Below, one piece after another: positions 59,401 through 64,000 of a stretch of DNA of 64,000 nucleotides (within the stretch, counting starts at the first letter, position 1; each line of letters opens with the position of its first letter). The stretch is taken from positions 13,268,001 to 13,332,000 of the forward strand of contig NC_047074.1 in the NCBI RefSeq assembly GCF_902459465.1, written 5' to 3'. The stretch is from Asterias rubens (lineage: Eukaryota). A model generated the notes under the pieces. It did not search any database. It saw only the letters and a program-made list of their open reading frames with translations, and was not told the origin of the DNA. The translations under genes were made by a program, and so were the position numbers.

Positions 59401-61463
59401 ACTCACAGGACATAGGAAGAGTAACTGAACAGAAAGAACAATTCAGACCTAAGACCCGGTCGGCTCAGAGCAAAAAGGACTGAAAATCTCTTAACAAGGT
59501 AAAAGAGTGAATATTACACTCTTTGTCGATTGGTGTCCGTGTCAGTTTTGCTCTTTTTGAGTGAAATTGGAACGAACTTCACTCTAATAAAAGGGAAAGT
59601 ACCCGTCTTTCACTTAACAAATAAGATATGCCGCCATATGGCTTTTAAGACCCGGTCAGCTCTTAGTGTAAAGGATGAGCCCGATATTATTCAAATCGAA
59701 TTGTCTTTGAGACAACACGGAGTCGAAACCTTTTCATGACTGTATTTTGCACAATCCACATAAAACGTATACATTACTTTCACTCAAAAGTTAGCATTTT
59801 GTCTGTTTTGGTCTCACATGGAATGAAAATTCATGTTTTATTTATGCGTTTTTCAGCTTCATATGATATGGTCACACGACGGATAGCTGAGGAGCTAGAC
59901 TGTGTCGTTGTATCAATTGAGTAAGTATAAACTTCTTGATGTTGCACATTGTCGTTAGTTGTCGATAGTTGTCGTTGTAGTTGTCGTATTTGAAAGGAAC
60001 ATGTTGCCTTGGATCGGACGAGTTTGTCTATAAAAGCGTTTGTAACCGTTTGTTATAAAATACATTGGTTGGCAAGATGTTTTAAAAGTAGAATACAATG
60101 ATCCACACAAACATGCCTCGAAATTGCACGGTTTTCCTTATACCTTGTCGACTAACACGGTCAGTCATTTATGGGAGTCACTTTGACTCCCACAAATGGC
60201 CGACCGTGTTAGTCGACGCAAAGTAAAAGGAAAACCACGCAATTTCGAGGCAAATTTGCGATAGCCAATCTCGCTCATACAAACATTGGTTTAACGTATG
60301 ATTGTGGGTTGCACAAGTCAAAACACTGTATTTCAGAAACTATAAGTTGAATAATACTCTTATGTCAAGGTGGTGAAATCAGCAGTTATAGATAAGCCGG
60401 ACTGACACCCATAAATTGTCGATGTAAGCCTGCAGTCTTATAACTTGACTTAGCCGTAGGCATGAGCCTCAGGTTGAAAATATGGAAAGTTTGAGCAGGA
60501 ATTAAGGCTATGAGTCTATAGGGCGCCACAGATTTCCACAAAATCTAGATTTGAGAAAGTCTGTAATGAGCAGGGTTTCAAGAGTTATTTAAATATTTTG
60601 TGAAATGTTGTAATTTTATTCAACATTACAGTTACAGATTGGCCCCTGAGCATCCCTACCCAGCCGCTTACCACGACACACTCAACGCCTCCAAATGGTT
60701 CATAGACCACGCCCATGACTTCATGGTAGACCGTTCGCGAGTCGGCATCGCCGGAGACAGCGCTGGTGGAACGCTCGCCGCGGCCGTAGCGCACACGATA
60801 CACGACGCCACGGACTATCCTGACTTCTCATTTCACGCTCTGATTTACCCATTCACGCAACTCCTGGACTCCCACACGCCTGCCACGGTCCTCTCCGAGC
60901 ACCTCTTCGGCCAAGACGGGTCTATAGTCACGTGGAGGGAGGCGGCCATGTTTTGTAGCTTCTATTTACTCGGTCGCTCAGACCACAGATTTGAACAAGC
61001 CCTGCTCCAAAACAAACACATTTCTGCGGAGTTTCGATTGAGCAACGCGCCACAACTCCAATATGTAAACCATTCTCTGCTGCCATTGGACATGTGGATG
61101 GACTATGCATCTCAACCACTTACCACCGAAGATGCTCTAGAAGACATTTATACATGGACCAAATTCAAAGACATGATCCTCGACCCTAGAATTTTCCCGC
61201 TCATGAGGACTGATTTGAGTGGGTTACCGCCTGCCTTCGTATCAACCGTGGAGTACGACGCCGTGAGGGACCACGGGGCTTTCTACGCCGTGAGGCTCAG
61301 AGACGCGGGAACACCGGTGCGATGGGTTCATTACGACGGGGGATTTCACGGAGTTTTCGGTCCGTCTTGGCCGTTTGTTTTTAATGTCGGTGAAAAAATG
61401 TTCCAAGATTTTATAGCATTCGCCAAAGAGCATCTACAAATAGACATGGATATAAATACTTAG
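56466..61463 (+). CDS. Arylacetamide deacetylase/NCEH1-like HSL-family esterase, paralog 2
   Basis: Exons 56466-56512 (tentative; ATG 57669 or 57687 is an alternative start), 57668-57833, 58817-59051 (THGGAF), 59857-59920 and 60632-61463 (YRLAPEHPYP, GDSAG, EYDAVRD, FHG). Intron positions and phases match paralog 1. Confidence 0.93.
59992..60255. mobile_element. MITE family C (AAAGGAACATGTTGCCTTGGATCGG end) with a long internal palindrome; related inverted copy at ~27545-27845
   Basis: The two copies share the terminus and the GGGAGTCA/TGACTCCC-centred palindrome. Confidence 0.7.
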
Positions 61464-61654
61464 TAGATTGTAACTTTGCAAACATATTTTTTATATTATA
61501 GAAAAACAATGCAATTATTTTGAACTAAGAGGTCCACACAGTGCATAGGGACTTGAAACACTAGACGACACACATCCACATCTGGCTGTTTGAATGAGTT
61601 TTGTCCCGCAGCTGACAACTAATAAAAGTTATTTTTGGGGGTTGAACAAAGAAT

Positions 61655-61728
61655 TGACTAGAGTGGGATTCGAACCAACGACCTCCGGATTAAACGTGCC
61701 GGCGCTCTACCAACTGAGCTATCTAGCC
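61655..61728 (-). mobile_element. tRNA-like SINE head (not called a functional tRNA)
   Basis: Acceptor stem and D-arm pair correctly, but the anticodon loop is oversized and the T-stem has a mismatch. Confidence 0.6.
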
Positions 61729-63198
61729 CTATATTGGCGGTGTCCCTATTTTGTCAATATCTTTGTTATATCTTTAATAAAAGTGAAAACTTCACTCTCT
61801 TTGCTTTCCGAGTGGTGTCTGTTTCGCTCCGTTTAGATTGAAAGTCAATTTGTATCACTCTTTTTGAGTGAAATTGGAACATACTTCACTCTAAATTTAT
61901 TTGAAAGTACCCGCGTCTGACACTCATAAAACAGTTGTTTGCCATGCGGCTCTCATTACGGTATAATGGAAGACAAAACGGGTAGTTTTTTCACTCTCCC
62001 ACAAAGAGACTAACTTTCTTTTAAACACCGGCTATATTTAAGGGGAAAGTACCTCATCAAAGACCTTGATTACTCCCAGACTATTATGGACTCTTAGAAT
62101 TTGTATGGAATTATCTTTTCTTGACTAATAAGTTCTCAAAATTCATAAAATGTAATTCGTAACTTGTTTAAACTTCATCTTGGTGATGATTTGTTGTTTC
62201 TTTTTACTTTTGGTACAATTTTTTGTAAAGGTTATTTTGAACTTTGACAAATCATGTAGTTCAGACTACTGAAGAGAAAGATATTAAAAAAAAACCATTT
62301 TGTTCATTTTGATTAAGTTCAATATGATAATGTGACGGTCATAAAAATTATACCCCCACTGTTATTTTTATTGCACTTACTTATTATGTAACATTTAATT
62401 ATTCAAGAGAAGCGCCCTCTCTTGGACAGCATTCCAATTTCGCGCGCTTCCGCCACCCTTATAATGATTCCAACGAAGACCTGACAACAAGTATTTTGTC
62501 TTCGTCTGTTTCAGGTAATAATCTGTTGGTTTATTTTCATACATTTTCCCTCTAAAATCATCATTCAATGTACACTATTGTAAACTGGTGTTTATCTTCA
62601 ACCACTATTGATTCTATTTTTATTCATTTCGAGATTATTAGATATTTAATGGAATTGATTGATTGCCGGACTAAAGATTTGTCCCGGTTTAGTTTTCTGA
62701 ATACAAGTTCATTATTTATTTGTTGAACTATACCCTTGTAGTTTATTTGACAAGAGTTGCTATTTATAAGTATTTGTTCTTTAAAACATTTCCGATCAGG
62801 AGCATCGGCCAAGTTTTATTTGCATTTAAGTTGTTGTTTTCCATCGATAATCAAGATGGCGCATGATGTGAAAATCACATGTCATGATCTTGAGACATAC
62901 CTGTTTACTTAAAGCCGTTTACGATTTCATTTAAAACTGTTTGTACCTAAATACTGTTCTGTGATTATTTGTTTTATAAGTTAATTAAGATAATGATTCC
63001 AGCGAAGACCTGACAACATGTATTTTGTCTTCGTCTGTTTCAGGAAATAAAATAGTGCACCGAGTGTAAAGAAAACAACTTGCCGTTAGCTTCTATCCTT
63101 ATACGACTCTCTTAAGTAATAGAGAGGGTCACAGTATAACATTTGTCCCGACTAAAGTCCTTCATAGTTTCTTCCTGATAAATTTCATGAAATCTTCG

Positions 63199-63604
63199 TC
63201 GCACACAACTCAACAAGCCAAGATGTCGCCGAAAATCTAAAAAATTGCTCTCACACGATTAGATCCCTGCTGAGTTTAAACAGAGTGGATATACAGCGCC
63301 ACCAATGGTCGAGGGTGACCAGGCGTTGTACGAGGAGCTACATCCGGGTCTTATGAATCCTGACTTTGCTCCTCTTATGCGAGAAGATCTTCAAGGTCTA
63401 CCGGAGGCGTACATCTTAAAGGCTCAATTTGATGTACTGCGAGATGAATGCATCATCTATGCTAAACGTCTTGAAGAGGCAGGTGTTAAAGTCACTTGGA
63501 AACACTACATGAATGGTTTCCACGGCATGTTTGGCCCACTCATCTCACCATCTGAGCTTGAGGCCAGCGAAGATTTCATGACATTTATCAGTAAGAATCT
63601 ATGA
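63199..63604 (+). pseudogene. Truncated AADAC-like fragment (C-terminal part only)
   Basis: PLMREDLQGLPEAYILKAQFDVLRDE...FHGMF is AADAC-like. Upstream homology carries an in-frame TAG (63260-63262) and a +1 frameshift with TAA near 63238. The GDSAG region is absent. Confidence 0.85.
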
Positions 63605-64000
63605 AGGACTTTAATCGGGACAAATTTATATTATTATATTGAACTGACTTAAATTGAATTGAAATGGTTTATCAAAATGAACATCATTCACAGCCTGTAT
63701 ACTCAGTGAAATACGTACAAGAAAAACATTAAACTGCACCTAACAATCGGTAAAACGAAATACTACAAATCACCAAAACACCAAGAAGTTAAGAAACAGC
63801 TATTAAGAAAGAGTTATAAATCACATTTGAGAATTTGTAGCCAGTATTAGTCAACACGTGAAGAGTTGATCAAGATTGTTATAGTCCACAAACGTTGCTC
63901 TGGAAGAAATCATGATTTTTGATTTTATTTTCCCGTAAAATAATGATATGTGTTTAAAAGAAAGTTTCTCCCGTAAAAATGAAAACAAGTGAAAACCACT

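Noticed and set aside
61655-61728. Functional tRNA gene
   Set aside because: The anticodon loop is oversized with no assignable anticodon and the T-stem has a mismatch; it fits a SINE head better.
63238-63262. Stop-codon readthrough or selenocysteine rescuing the third AADAC copy
   Set aside because: The stops are TAA/TAG, there is a frameshift, and the catalytic Ser region is missing altogether.

Overview
This is AT-rich, intron-containing eukaryotic DNA, not prokaryotic. The gene set and repeat families suggest an invertebrate deuterostome, probably a sea star (inference). Genes reconstructed by hand from GT-AG sites and reading-frame phase, in order: the 3' end of PCID2 (+); complete SPRYD7 (-), head-to-head with PMVK (+) across a 368-bp shared promoter; a ~20-kb tolloid/BMP1-like astacin metalloprotease (+) with the non-canonical order astacin-CUB-CUB-EGF-EGF-EGF-CUB-CUB; LRRC63-like (+); two divergently oriented AADAC/NCEH1-like esterase paralogs; and a truncated third AADAC pseudogene. 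A 6.9-kb intron of the protease contains two antisense intronless ORFs of unknown function (616 aa and 110 aa). Non-coding space is dense with TTAA-flanked (Kolobok-like) MITEs, Harbinger-like, CACT-type and hAT-like elements, tRNA-derived SINEs, and three degenerate Penelope-type minimal hammerhead motifs. Best leads: the nested orphan ORFs, the unusual tolloid architecture, the hammerhead motifs, and fold-back structures in and around the AADAC cluster. No database searches could be run, so family calls rest on motif recognition.
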